From Eledone cirrhosa (Eukaryota), in NCBI GenBank assembly GCA_964016885.1, contig OZ024741.1:412920001-412984000 (forward strand): a stretch of DNA of 64,000 bases, given 5' to 3'. Within the stretch, counting starts at the first letter, position 1. Every line of letters begins with the position of its first letter. Positions 23,501-38,337 of the stretch are shown here, piece by piece. The notes beneath the pieces are model-generated. The model did not search any database. It saw nothing but the letters and a program-made list of their open reading frames with translations, and had not been told where the DNA came from. The translations under genes and the position numbers were made by a program.

Positions 23501-24670
23501 ATATAAAAATATCCTTCTCTACTACTCCTAACCTAGCAGACATCATAGGAACAACGAACCACAGTAAGATCACCAAGACACAGCACCTCGACACAGACGC
23601 GCCTACACCTGACAATAACTATATCGGCCTTAACAACTCCCTGGCAGCATCCAATAGTGTTGGCAACGGCATTCGCAGACGCAACCAGAATGACTGCGAA
23701 ATGACTGGGGAACATGCAGAACATGACGTGCGGAATAACAATCGCACCACCCCGCGTGCTGTGGGTTGTAATTGTGCTAACGACAGCTGCGGTAGTGTAG
23801 GTAACAACGTAGGCAGCAACAATGATAGCCTTACCGTGGGAAATAGACGGAACCGCGACAGAAATTGCAACTGCCGCGACAGAGGACGCTGCCCCCTTAG
23901 AGGATACTGCTTGACTGATAGGGTTATATATAGATGCACTATTACTAGCCACAATAGCGTTAAACATTATATAGGGGCCACCTCCGGCCCGTTCAAAATT
24001 AGGTTTCGAACACATCTCCACTCTTTCACAAATAGAAAACTAAGGCACTCCACTTCGCTCGCGGACTACATCACATCACTAAAGGACTTAAACATCAGCT
24101 TCTCCACGCACTGGGAGATTGTCGGCAGGGCTGCACCGTACAACTTCAAGAGGAAATGCGATCTTTGCCTCATGGAGCTCTACCACATCATAACTACACC
24201 CCACGAGCTCATCAACAGCAGAGCTGAAACAGCGATAAGTTGTACACATCGCTTAAAAATATCCTTCTTCAGATGGGTTAAGGATGAAGAGTGAAATAGT
24301 ACACTGGATCTCCCTGCAACAAGTCTTAACACCCCGGCGGGCAGGCGCTGCAAAATAACACCCAGGAAACAATCCTTGCATACCAGACCCAGCCTCAGAC
24401 AAACGGATGCGGCAAAAAAAAATTGTCCGGGAAAGACTGCCCTAACACCGGCCAGAGTTACCTCCCTTGACCTGCTGCAAAATCAAAACAAGATATTTTT
24501 GCGAGCAATGAACCTTGATGTGGATTTAACCCCCAAAACTCTTTCCGAGCAATATAAGGAACACTTGTGATTATTTATGCCCTTGAGAAGCCCAACTGGG
24601 CGAAACGTACGTAGGTGATATTTTAAATAAACATGTTTTAACGGTCTATTCCCCGATTTTTTTTACTTTC
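23501..24670 (+). mobile_element. Penelope-like element 3' fragment: GIY-YIG endonuclease plus 3' non-coding region
   Basis: Frame is open from 23503 (IKISFSTTPNLADII) through 24294: CNCR..CPLRGYCL..VIY..YIG.T..FK.RF..H..W.I..CDLCL.E..LIN.R.E..CTH. A hammerhead-like motif lies downstream. Assignment to the Hydra-like clade is inference. Confidence 0.88.
24578..24617 (+). ncRNA. Degenerate minimal type I hammerhead ribozyme motif
   Basis: TGCC-CTTGAGA-A-GCCC aact GGGC-GAA-ACGTACGT-A-GGTG. Stems and palindromic stem III are present, but the core is CUUGAGA rather than CUGANGA. Confidence 0.55.
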
Positions 24671-24725
24671 CCACGTATATATATATATATATACACATAC
24701 TGATATATATATATATATATACATA

Positions 24726-24789
<64 letters not shown>

Positions 24790-25087
24790 TATAAGTTGTG
24801 CTGCTACATCTGTTCTGTGTACATACAGATATGACTTTATTATAATCATATATATGTTTGTGTGCGTGTGTGTGTGTAAACATATATATATTTACATATG
24901 AATAAACACATACATATATATATATATAGACGTTAAAACGATGATGATGATGATTGTGTGTGTGTATACACTCATACACATTGCACCATATATACAGAGT
25001 GCTCAGAACTCCAGTTACAAGCAAATTGCTTGTAACTGGAGTTAGGTACTTACCTAACATATAAATATATATATGTGTGTGTGTATA

Positions 25088-25225
<138 letters not shown>

Positions 25226-25316
25226 TACACACATATATATATACATATATATATACATGTATATGTGTGTGTGTATGTATATATATATAATTATACATAT
25301 ATATATATGTATAATT

Positions 25317-25698
25317 ATGGCTTAGTGGTTAGAGCATTGGCCTTACAATCAAAAGGTTGTGAGTTCAATTCTCAGACCAGGTGATGTGTTGTGTCCTTGA
25401 GCAAGACACTTTATTTCACATTGCTCCAGTTTGCTCAGCTGTAGAAATGAGATGATAGGACTAGGGTCCCTATCATTCCACTGCAAAGTGGTTGTGGAGG
25501 TCCCACGGCAAAAAAGCACACAGCCCACACTGTAAAGTGTACGTGTAGGTGCCACGGCAAAAAATACCCAGCACTCACTGTAAATGAGGTTGGTGTTGGT
25601 AGGGCATCCAGCTGTAGAAATCAAGCCAGAATCAGTTCCCGCCCCACCCTTGCAAGCAGGGAAAAAGCGGACGTAAAATGAAATGATGAATGATGATG
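25317..25698 (+). mobile_element. Composite SINE: tRNA-like head, CORE-like segment, RTE-derived 3' tail
   Basis: A-box TGGCTTAGTGG, B-box GAGTTCAATTCTC, then GTGTCCTTGAGCAAGACACTT (CORE-like). 25480-25640 matches RTE 3' UTR 22130-22285. Ends CCCTTGCAAGCAGGGAAAAAGCGGACGTAAAATG..GATGATG. Confidence 0.8.
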
Positions 25699-25917
25699 TA
25701 CATGTGTGTGTGTATGTATATATATATAATTATACACACATATATATATATATACATATATATATATACATGTATATGTGAGTATGTATGTATATATATA
25801 ATTATATATATATATATATACATGTATATGTGTGTATGTATGTATATATATATATAATTATACACATATATATATACACATAATATAAGATCAAAAGATG
25901 GTTAAAAGAGTTCCAAG

Positions 25918-25988
25918 TATTTTATTATGCGCATTTCAAAAACAAATATCATCATGGGATGATATCTGAGTTTTCATCAGATAAAATA
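25918..25988 (-). ncRNA. Type I hammerhead ribozyme with intact core
   Basis: Minus strand: TATTTTAT-CTGATGA-AAACT CAGATATCATC ccat GATGATATTTG TTTTT-GAA-ATGCGCAT-A-ATAAAATA. 8-bp stem I, long stem II, palindromic stem III, UA cleavage site. Confidence 0.85.
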
Positions 25989-26501
25989 GGGATACATGAT
26001 ATGAAGCTTAAAAAACACTTGTGAATAGTGAAGTTTTAAATCAACATATGAAAAATAATTTAAGATTGATGTATGAGATTGGGAAAAAGTGAGGGGTTGG
26101 GTTGGAAAAGGTAAGGAAGAGGAGGAGATGAGAGTAAATAATGGGGGAGGGGAGTATAAGAAGGAAGGATGAGAGAGGAGGAGAAATGGGTGATAGAGAG
26201 AGAGAGATAGCCTTTACAACTGAGAAAAAAAAAATATTGTCTCACAGAGAGAAGTTAAAAAGCCATTGGAAGATAATCGATAATTTAAAAGAATTTGAAA
26301 TTAAAAGTTAATGAGGTTTATGCATGAAGAGAAAAAGGGATTAAGAATAATATTAAATTAAGGTTTGTATATTGAAGGGTTTAATAATATGTGCAAGGAT
26401 AAGAAATTATTAATATGTATTATTAAAATAAAAATATTAATGTTATTAAGGATATAATGTGAAAAGAAGTAGAAGAATGAGTGAGTTATGAATTTAGAGG
26501 A

Positions 26502-26860
26502 ATTAGTTAGTGTTTAAGTTTGTTTTTATGTAATGTAATATGTGTACGTAATATATGTACGTAAATAATTTGTTTTAAAATGAGCGCAGAAAGCAAAGAA
26601 GAAAAGAATGTTTAAGGAAGAAAATATCTAACATCAAAAAGTATATATGTTTACGAAATATTTTCTAATGGTAATAATATAATATATTAAAAGAAATTAG
26701 TTAGGGTTTAAGTTTGTTTTTATGTATTGTAATATGTAAAAGTCAAACGAGCATGAAAGGAAGAAATAAGGAATTTAAGGAAGAAAAATCTAACGTAAAA
26801 AAAAATGTTTATGTTTATGAAGAACTATTAAAGGTAATAGTATAATGTATTAAAAAAATA
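26502..26860. repeat. Diverged ~195-bp tandem duplication in an A-rich tract
   Basis: TTAGTTAGKGTTTAAGTTTGTTTTTATGTAWTGTAATATGT at 26502 and 26697, with similar downstream TTTAAGGAAGAAAA blocks. Confidence 0.7.
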
Positions 26861-27084
26861 ATAATAATTTTTATGGCCAATGATATAAAGAAAGATGGAA
26901 GAATGGATAATGCTATGGTGAGTAATAATAAGAATTGAGAAGTAGTTAGGAAGAAAAAGTACAGATTAGAGGTTAGAAATTAGAAAGAAAAGAATTGCTT
27001 TATTGTGCTACAATAAAACTCACCTCCTACATATATATATATACATATATATACATGTATATGTGTGTATGTATATATATATAT

Positions 27085-27260
27085 AAAGACATTTTTCCAA
27101 TTCCACCCCGCCCATCCCCTCAATATATCTTCTTTCTCATTCTTTCTTCTGATGAAGGACTAGTGCCCGAAACGTTAAGACCCTCTCCCTGCTATATCAA
27201 GCGTTAACCTAATATATACCTTCCATGTACCGATAGTGTTGTTATTTCTGTTTACCTTTT
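27085..27260 (+). mobile_element. Solo pseudo-LTR fragment of a Penelope-like element; inverted copy of 29288-29470
   Basis: Aligns in reverse complement to 29288-29470 (AAAGACATTTTT.CCAATTCCA...GTTATTTCTGTTTACCTTTT) and contains a hammerhead motif. Confidence 0.8.
27145..27180 (+). ncRNA. Minimal type I hammerhead ribozyme
   Basis: TCTT-CTGATGA-A-GGAC tagt GCCC-GAA-ACGT-T-AAGA. The very short palindromic stem III (ACGU) is typical of dimer-forming PLE hammerheads. Confidence 0.75.
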
Positions 27261-27476
27261 ATATATATATATATATATATATTTAGGTTTGAAGTTTCAC
27301 CACTAGATAGAGGAGGTCATTCCGTATGGTCAATCTTGATGTAATAATATGGAGAGTACTCAACGTAAAGCAGCTCAACCGTCTTCGTTTGTGTAGTTGG
27401 TGGTGCGAATATGGAGTTAAATATTATAATGAAATAACAGGAGGCTGGACTTGTGTAAATCCTTGAAAGGTTTATT

Positions 27477-27534
27477 ATACTATGATCATTTCAATGACCG
27501 AGTTCCGTATGAATCCGGTGATATCATCAGGTAT
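27477..27534 (-). ncRNA. Type I hammerhead ribozyme with intact core
   Basis: Minus strand: ATAC-CTGATGA-TATCACCGGATTCATACGGAACTCGGTCATT-GAA-ATGATCAT-A-GTAT. Stem I ATAC/GTAT, stem II includes ACCG/CGGT, palindromic stem III ATGATCAT. Confidence 0.8.
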
Positions 27535-27787
27535 TCAAAATATAAGGGCGACTGGCTAAAGTGGAAGATGCTAGATGGTCGGTCGTCCTCGGGTTTATGA
27601 TTTTCAGCCCCATGGATTTTATTTGTTACATTCATTTATTATATTTCGAATAGAGATGTGTAAGATATATACACACACACACACGGCCTAGTATATACAT
27701 ATATACACACACAGAGCTGAGTATACACACACATGCAGAGCCTAGTATATATAAATATACACACATACAGAGCCTAGTATATACATA

Positions 27788-29084
27788 CAGGGTGCGGACG
27801 ATATTTGTTCGCAATTTTCAACTGCTAATATTATGCTCATTTTTTTAACTTCCGTTGTCACCCTTGTCTTCATAAAAACAGTGACTATATTTCCATTATT
27901 TATTTTCAGAATAATTGATATGAATAATTTTGAACCTCCAAATTTGTGGAAGAGACACGGAGTTCTTCTTGGAATCCGCGCCAGGAGGACAAATAAGGAA
28001 ATTTCAGACTTTCTCAACGTCAGCAGGAGAATGGGGGAAAAGGTCAGAAAGGAAATGGAAGATTCAGGATTCGACTACGAAGCAACATCAGAGAGGAAAA
28101 CACATGATCGACGATCTGACGCCTTCAGAACGCCAGAGTTCGTTGCTGAAGTTTAGGATATCATCAACAATGAACCTAGTAAGTCGATGCGTGCCATTGC
28201 AAGGGAGAAAGGCGTGGATGAAAAGCTCATTAGGCTGGTGGTACATGAAGACATTTGCTACGTTTCATACAAGATGAGGAAAGGACAATTTCTGTCAAAG
28301 GCGATGCAAGAAAAACGACTGAAGCACGCAAAGAAGCTGATCAACAAGTTGAAACACCCACTGGAGTCAGACATGCTGTGGTTTTTCTCCGACGAGAAAA
28401 ACTTCTGCCAAGACCAGAAGATCAACTCCCAGAACAACAGGTGGCTCGCTGTCTCATCCAAAGACGTGCTCAGAGTCATGCAGACAAAGTTTCCAGCGAC
28501 AACATTGGTCTTAGGTGTCGTCAGCAATCAAGGTGACGTCATGCCACCTCACTTCTTCCCTGAGGGCCTCAAGCTGAACACTGATGGCTACATCCGCGTT
28601 CTGAGCGAGGTAGTAAAGCCCTGGATCGACCAGGTAGCTGCAGGTAGGCCGTACGTGTGCCAGCAAAACTCAGCGCCCTGCCATACCAGCCGAAAGACCC
28701 AAGCCCTGGCTGTCAGAGAACTTCGTCGACCACACTTCACCTAACATCTGGCCTCCCAGCCTCGCCTGACTGCAACCCCCTCGACTTCTTTGTGTGGGGC
28801 GCAGTGGAACGAGACACCAACAGATCTAGCTGCAATACGAAAGATGATCTGAAGGCCAGGATCACAAATGCCTTTAGGGGCCTAAGTCGGGGGACAGTGA
28901 CGAAGGCCTGTAGCCGGTTCTGAGGCCGTCATCAAAGCCAATGGCGAGTTTATCGAGTGAGATCGAAAGAACAAGTCATGAAGACAAACTGATCCAAGTT
29001 TGATAAATATATCTTAAAAGATAAAACTACTTTGTTATTTTTTCCTAGACAGTAATCTTGCGAATAAATATCGTCCGCACCCTG
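27788..29084 (+). mobile_element. Full-length defective Tc1/mariner transposon, DD37D (maT) family
   Basis: TIRs CAGGGTGCGGACGATATTTRTTCGCAA (27 bp, 1 mismatch) with TA on both sides; 1297 bp. Transposase from ATG 27920 to ~28960: WFFSDEK, QQ(N)SAPCH, SPDCNPLD, with 37 residues between the 2nd and 3rd catalytic positions after fixing two +1 frameshifts. Stop at 28154. Confidence 0.95.
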
Positions 29085-29287
29085 TATATACACATACACA
29101 GCCTAGTATATACATATATACACACAGAGCCTAGTATATACATCCATACACACACACACACATATATATGTGTGTGTTTGTGTATTGTATGTGTGTGTGT
29201 GTTTGTGTGTGCCTGTATGTGAATATATACATATATATACATGTGTGTATATATATATCTCTCTCTCTCTATATATATATATATATG

Positions 29288-32025
<2,738 letters not shown>

Positions 32026-32249
32026 GGAAGATATGTATATATACATATACATATATATACATGTGTGTATATACATATATATGTATATATACATACACAC
32101 ACATACACACACACTCACACATATATACATATATATACATGTATACACATATATACACTCATATAAATATATACATATATATACATACATACATATATAT
32201 ATATACATACATATATATATATACATACATATATATGTATATAAACATA

Positions 32250-32821
32250 TGTGACAAATTAGGCATAAGAGGGATCAGATGCAGTTTACTTGAGAGGAGA
32301 TTATATTGTTTTGGTCATGTACTGCGCATGAAAGATGACAGCTGTATAAAAAAGTGGAGGGCGATCAAAATTGATGGAAGCTATGGAGTAGGTAGATCCA
32401 AAGAGTCCTGGGACAAGGTGTTAAAAACTGACCTTGCTCACTCGAATCTCTGATTGACAAGACAATGATGAGAGATTGAGATATTTGGTGCTATGCAGTA
32501 ATACAGAAAACCTGCCTTCCCTTGCGCATGGACTTAAACTTACATTGAGTAGGCACCTCTTAATCCAATATACATCCCTTACTCCTCCTTCCTACTTTTA
32601 GCCACACCACCCTTCCTCTGTAAAGTTATGTTGGTACCACAAAACATCCAGCCCACACTGTAAAGTGGTTGGATTTAAGAAGGGCATCCAGCTGTAGAAA
32701 ACCAGCCAGAAACAGTCCTATATGAGCGAGACACGGTCACCTGACCCAACTTGCCTCAAACAGGACAAACCCGTCTAATTCATGCTTGTGTGAAAAGTAG
32801 ACGTTAATAGATGATGTTGAT
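32250..32821 (+). mobile_element. Old RTE LINE 3' fragment with 3' UTR and tail
   Basis: [33 protein letters not shown].., then AGAAGGGCATCCAGCTGTAGAAA and CATGCTTGTGTGAAAAGTAGACGTTAATAGATGATG. Confidence 0.88.
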
Positions 32822-32973
32822 ATATACATACACATATATATATATATATACATACATATATATATATATACATAGACACACATACATATATATATATATT
32901 TATATACATATATATATATATATATATATCATCATCGTTTAACGTCCATGTTCCACGCTTGCATGATACATAG

Positions 32974-33119
<146 letters not shown>

Positions 33120-33147
33120 CATAGACACACATACACATATACATATA

Positions 33148-33477
33148 CACCTGGCATTTGCGGAATTTTCCTTAGAACCTAACTAATAATTGTTCATGGA
33201 AACCACCTCATATTTGCGGAATCGTAAATATCTTCTGCAATGTTTTTTATGGCTTTTTTCGTGGCAATATATATTTTTTTAACACTAAATAATTAATAAC
33301 ATTATTCTGTATTTGCCGGCCTATTGGACGTCCCTTCGCTTAAGATGCTCCCTCTTTTTTTTTTATTTTATTCTATTTCATATTTTGACATTTATAGGCA
33401 TCTTTATGGACTACGTCTGATTTTCCAGTCTTCGCGGGTACTCTAGGAACGTAACCCCTGCGAATACCAGGGTACTA

Positions 33478-33481
<4 letters not shown>
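33148..33481. mobile_element. Possible pogo/Tigger-like MITE with eroded left end
   Basis: Right end in reverse complement reads TA|CAGTAGTACCCTGGTATTCGCAGG. Left end CACCTGGCATTTGCGG is an imperfect inverted match. AT-rich interior, microsatellite flanks. Confidence 0.45.
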
Positions 33482-33542
<61 letters not shown>

Positions 33543-33764
33543 CATATTTACAACATATATACATACATACATATATATATATACACACATGTGTGTGTGT
33601 GTATATGTTTTGTATGTGTGTGTATACATGTGTATGTATGCATGCATATATATATATATACATATCTCTGTATATATATATATATGTATGTATATTATCT
33701 ATATATGTATATATATATGTATGTATATATATATATGTATGTGTATATATAGTATATATATTTC

Positions 33765-36700
33765 TCTATCGTATTTTCCAAAACAAATCTTGTGCTTGTT
33801 AAATTATGCCCAAAATACGGGGATCTTATTTATAACCCTACCTTCTCGCTAACTACCCAACATCCCTACCGCCCGCCCCCACGCACCACCATTATTACGT
33901 GGACCAATCATAAGTCAGAGGCCTATACTATACTATCACTTACCTGGTTGCCTTCCGATATGATGGATGGACTACGGAATTCTGGAGAGTTGAAGAGAAA
34001 AATCTGGACGCTCAGCGACAATGCCAAAGATAAAGACAAATTCACCTCGTGGACGAGAATGCAAGCACTCCCCCTTGTTTCGGCCGCGGATGGCTAACAT
34101 AACCCCAACTCCGCTAACCCCCCCCCCCCCCCCCCGCTCCCCACCGCCCCCACCCTCCAAACGCAATCCAAAACTTAAGAGTTCGTACCATGAATGTAGG
34201 CACCTTAAAGGGTCGCTCTAACGAGGTTGTAGAAATGCTTGAACGTAAGGAGGTCGATGTTTGTTGTATTCAAGAGACCAGGTGGAGGGGAGGGTCTGCT
34301 AGATTCATCGTGGGTAAAGAACGATGCTATAAGCTTTTCTGGGTGGGAAATGACAATGGGCTGGGTGGAGTAGGAATCATGGTAGCAGAAAAGTGGGCAG
34401 ATAAGATAATAGACGTAAATAGAGTGAACGACAGAATAATTAAAATAAGACTTGTCCTCAATAGAACTACGGTGACAGTAATATCTGCGTACGCACCCCA
34501 ATCCGGACTGCCCGGCGCTATAAAAGACAGATTCTATGAGACACTGATGCTCGCTACCTCCCAAATAACCGACAGTGACTATATAATTATTGCAGGCGAC
34601 CTAAACGGTCACGTTGGACAACATTGTGACGGCTATGACGGAATCCATGGAGGCTATGGGTTCGGTACTAGAAATGAGGAAGGCTCCAGAATCCTGGAAT
34701 TCTGTGACGCAAATAACCTAACTATCTGTAACACTAACTTCAAAAAACGAGACAATCACTTGATCACCTATAGATCGGGGGAACACACAAGCCAGGTAGA
34801 TTATATCCTTACCAGAAGACGTGACAGAGTGTCTGTTGTTAATACTAAATCCCTCCCCCATGAAGAATGCACCTCCCAACATAGACTGATAATTAGCGAC
34901 CTCATAGTCAGGAATAGACGTACTAGACAGCAGAAGAGGACTATCCTCAGGAGAAAAATATGGAAGCTAAAGGACCCCACAGCCAGAAATAAATTTCAAA
35001 GCATATTACTTGATGCTTTCGACAGTAAGGAAGAGCAATTAGAGTCGTATAATATAGAGGAACAGTGGGAATTCCTGAAAGCAAACCTGCTGACGGCGGC
35101 AGACGAAGTCTGTGGCTGGAGCAGGCCTGTAGGTAGGAGGAGAGTAACATGGTGGTGGAACAGTAAGGTGGAGGAGTCAATTAAGGCCAAAAAGCAGGCT
35201 TGGAAAGTATGGCGGGATGGGGGAAGTAGAGAAGACTATCAAGTGGCCAGGAGGGAAGCTAGGAGACAAGTGTACTTCGCAAGAAGGGAAGCAGAGGAAA
35301 GAAAGTTCAAGCATGTTCTACAACGCGAAGACCAAAAACGTGAGGTGTTCAGGATTGCTAGGCAATGTGTCAAGGAAAACCGTGATATTGTCAGGGAGAA
35401 GTGTGTACTTAATGATGAAGGCGTACTTGCCATCACTGACGCTGATATGAAGGTAGCATGGAAGAGTCACTACGAAAGGCTTCTAAATGAGAATAAATGG
35501 GAGAAAGACAGTCTCCCCCACATCGACCCAATAGAGGGACCAGCAGTGTTAGTCGAAGGTAGTATAATAAGTAAGGCAATCAAAGATATGAAGGCGGGTA
35601 AGGCGGCTGGGCCTTCGGAAATAGTTGCTGAGATGCTGAAAGCCTCTGGAACGGTAGGACACACTATGGTCTCCCGGATAGTAAACCAAGTCATACAGAA
35701 TGGGGTTGTTCCGAAGGACTGGCGTAGCAGCATCATCATTAACTGTTACAAGGGTAAAGGAGATGCCCTAGATAGGTGTAACTATAGAGGCATTAAATTA
35801 ATCGACCAGGTCATGAAAATCACGGAAAAAGTAATAGCGCAACTAATCAGAGAGAGAATTGATCTAGATGAAATGCAGTTCGGGTTTGTGTCAGGCAAAA
35901 GTACCACAGACGTTCTTTTCATTGTACGACAACTACAGGAGAAGTACTTAGCTAAAAGTAAACCCGTATACTTAGCTTTTGTTGACTTGGAGAAAGCCTT
36001 CGACAGAGTCCCCCGTTCCATTATCTGGTGGGCTCTTAGAAAACTAGGTGTTGACGAATGGCTTGTGAGAGCTATACAAGCCATGTATAAAGAAACAGTC
36101 AGCAAGATTAGAATTAACAACGAATATAGTGAAGAGTTTAGCGTAAAAGTTGGTGTCCATCAGGGCTCTGTTCTTAGCCCCCTCCTATTTATTATTTTAT
36201 TATTGCCCTTCAGGCTATAACAGAGGATTTCAAGACCGGCTGCCCATGGGAACTCTTATACGCAGATGATCTAACGCTCATAGCTGAATCAATGGCCGAG
36301 CTAGAGAAGAAATTCCAAACATGGAAGCACGGCCTAGAATCAAAAGGCCTTAAAATTAACCTGGCTAAGACTAAAGTTCTAGTTTGTAGGAAAGAAAATA
36401 AGGCGCCGGTCCCTTCCAGGAAATGACCATGCTCAGTGTGTAGGAAAGGCGTAGGTAGAAACTCCATTTTATGTCCCAAATGCAAAGTATGGGTGCATAA
36501 AAGATGTAGTGGGATCACAGGTAAGCTAACTAAGAACATAGATTTTACATGTGGCCGGTGCTCTGGTGCAATAAGTAGCAGCAAGTGCCCACAAAATACT
36601 AGCTCTTTCAATTGCGCAGAGGGTTCTATAGAAATAGTGGACAGCTTCCGTTACCTGGGCGACAAAATCAGCAGTGGGGAGGGTGCTCTGAAAGTACAGT

Positions 36701-37586
36701 AGCTAGAGTCAGAACTGGATGGAAAAAGTTCAGAGAGCTTATACCACTATTAGCCACTAAAGGGTTCTCTCTAAAAATGAAAGGCAGGTTGTATGATGCC
36801 TGCATACGAACAGCAATGTTGCATGGCAGTGAGACCTGGGCATTGTGTGCAGAGGATATACGCAGACTAGAGAGGAACGAAGCTTGTATGCTCCGCTAGA
36901 TGTGTAATAGTAATATACGTGAACGGCAAAGCATAAACGAACTAAGGAAAAAATTAGAAATAAGAGGGATCAGATGTTGTTTACTCGAGAGAAGGCTACG
37001 TTGGTATGGTCACGTGATGCGCATGAAAGACGACAGCTGTATAACAAAGTGCAGGGCAATAAAGATAGACGGTAGCTACGGAGTAGGCAGACCCAGAAAA
37101 ACCTGGGACGAGTTGATAAATTCTGACCTCACACACTTACACCTCTCCAAGACAATGTCACTGGACCGAGACCTTTGGCGGTACTCAGTAATAGAGAAGA
37201 CCCGCCTTACCTAAATACAAAGTAAAACCTACTACAGCCAGTAGGCATCTCTAACAAAATACTCCCACCCCCCACCCCCACCCCATCCACACCGCCCCCT
37301 CAATGTAAAGTTATGTTGGTGCCACAACATCCAGGCCGAAACAAATGAGATCGTGTAGACACAGTCCACGCTGTAATGTGGCCGTGTAGGCAACACGGTA
37401 AAAACCTCCCAGCCCCACACTGTAAATGTGGTTGGTGTTAGGAAGGGCATCCAGCTGTAGAAAACCCGCCAGATAGTCCTATGCGAGCAAGACAATCACT
37501 CTTGCCTCAAGTGGGAAAACCCCCGTCCAAACCCATGCAAGCGTGGAACACGGACGTTAAACGTTGGTGATGATGATGATGATGAT
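33765..37586 (+). mobile_element. Near full-length RTE-clade LINE (subfamily A): 5' region, APE endonuclease, RT, 3' UTR, (GAT)n tail; inactivated
   Basis: ORF 34190-36220 (NVGTL, CIQETRW, SAYAPQ, AGDLNGHVG, VDYIL, SQHRL, then RT motifs). Frameshift by short duplication near 36190, TGA at 36424, frameshift near 36680, TAG at 36897. Tail at 37568-37586. The 5' boundary is approximate. Confidence 0.96.
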
Positions 37587-37612
37587 ATATGTATGTGTGT
37601 GTGTGTATGTAT

Positions 37613-37848
37613 AGTGTAAGGAGGTAATAAGGACGTAAACAAGAGAAGAAAAGTTGCTCTTCATCAGCTGTTTACTACAGATCATAGATGTTTCGGTGCT
37701 TAAAACAATACAACGATCCGTAAAGGCCTTGGGCGCACTATGGATGGATGTCCTGTTTTATGCACCGAAACATCTATGATCCGTAGTAAACAGCTGAAGA
37801 AGGGCAACTTTTCTTCTCTTGTTTACGTCCTTATTACCTTCTTACACT
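37613..37848. repeat. Inverted repeat, ~95-bp arms with ~47-bp spacer
   Basis: AGTGTAAGGAGGTAATAAGGACGTAAACAAGAGAAG...CGGTGCTTAAAACA (37613-37706) matches the reverse complement of 37754-37848 with a few mismatches. Confidence 0.9.
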
Positions 37849-38123
37849 TTGTTTTCAGTAACCACACAACCTGCCTCTTTACCTGTATTTTTATATACAT
37901 GTATATATATATATATTTGTGTATATATGTATCTATATATCTGTATGTAAAAGCTTCAGACACAGGCATCGCTTGATATGTGACATTTTTGGTGATGGAT
38001 GGTATTGCTGGCCATAGGCAAGTCCCCAGCAGGACTAAAAAGCCACATCTGTGGTGCTCATGCTTAAGTATCAAGTGATGGCATTACTTGAAATGAAGTT
38101 GCAGCCATCATATATATATATAT

Positions 38124-38155
<32 letters not shown>

Positions 38156-38177
38156 TTTACGTTCGATTTTCCCTGCT

Positions 38178-38217
<40 letters not shown>

Positions 38218-38337
38218 TAAGATGTATGGTAGGTCGTATGTGAATCGCGATGATCACGTCTGACTTACCAAATATGTGACGGTAGCTAGTTAAGCTTGTT
38301 ATAATGTCATAATAGTTCCTTTGTTCTTTTTCACTAA

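Noticed and set aside
25317-25378. tRNA gene (also 14330-14388)
   Set aside because: A and B boxes are present but there is no acceptor stem or complete cloverleaf, and the sequence continues into SINE body.
34035-34105. HDV-like ribozyme in the RTE 5' region (TTC-ACCTCGT-GGA ... GGCTAA)
   Set aside because: P3/L3-like and J4/2-like words are present, but I could not find a convincing P2, P1.1 or a G-initiated P1. A covariance search on the family consensus would be needed.
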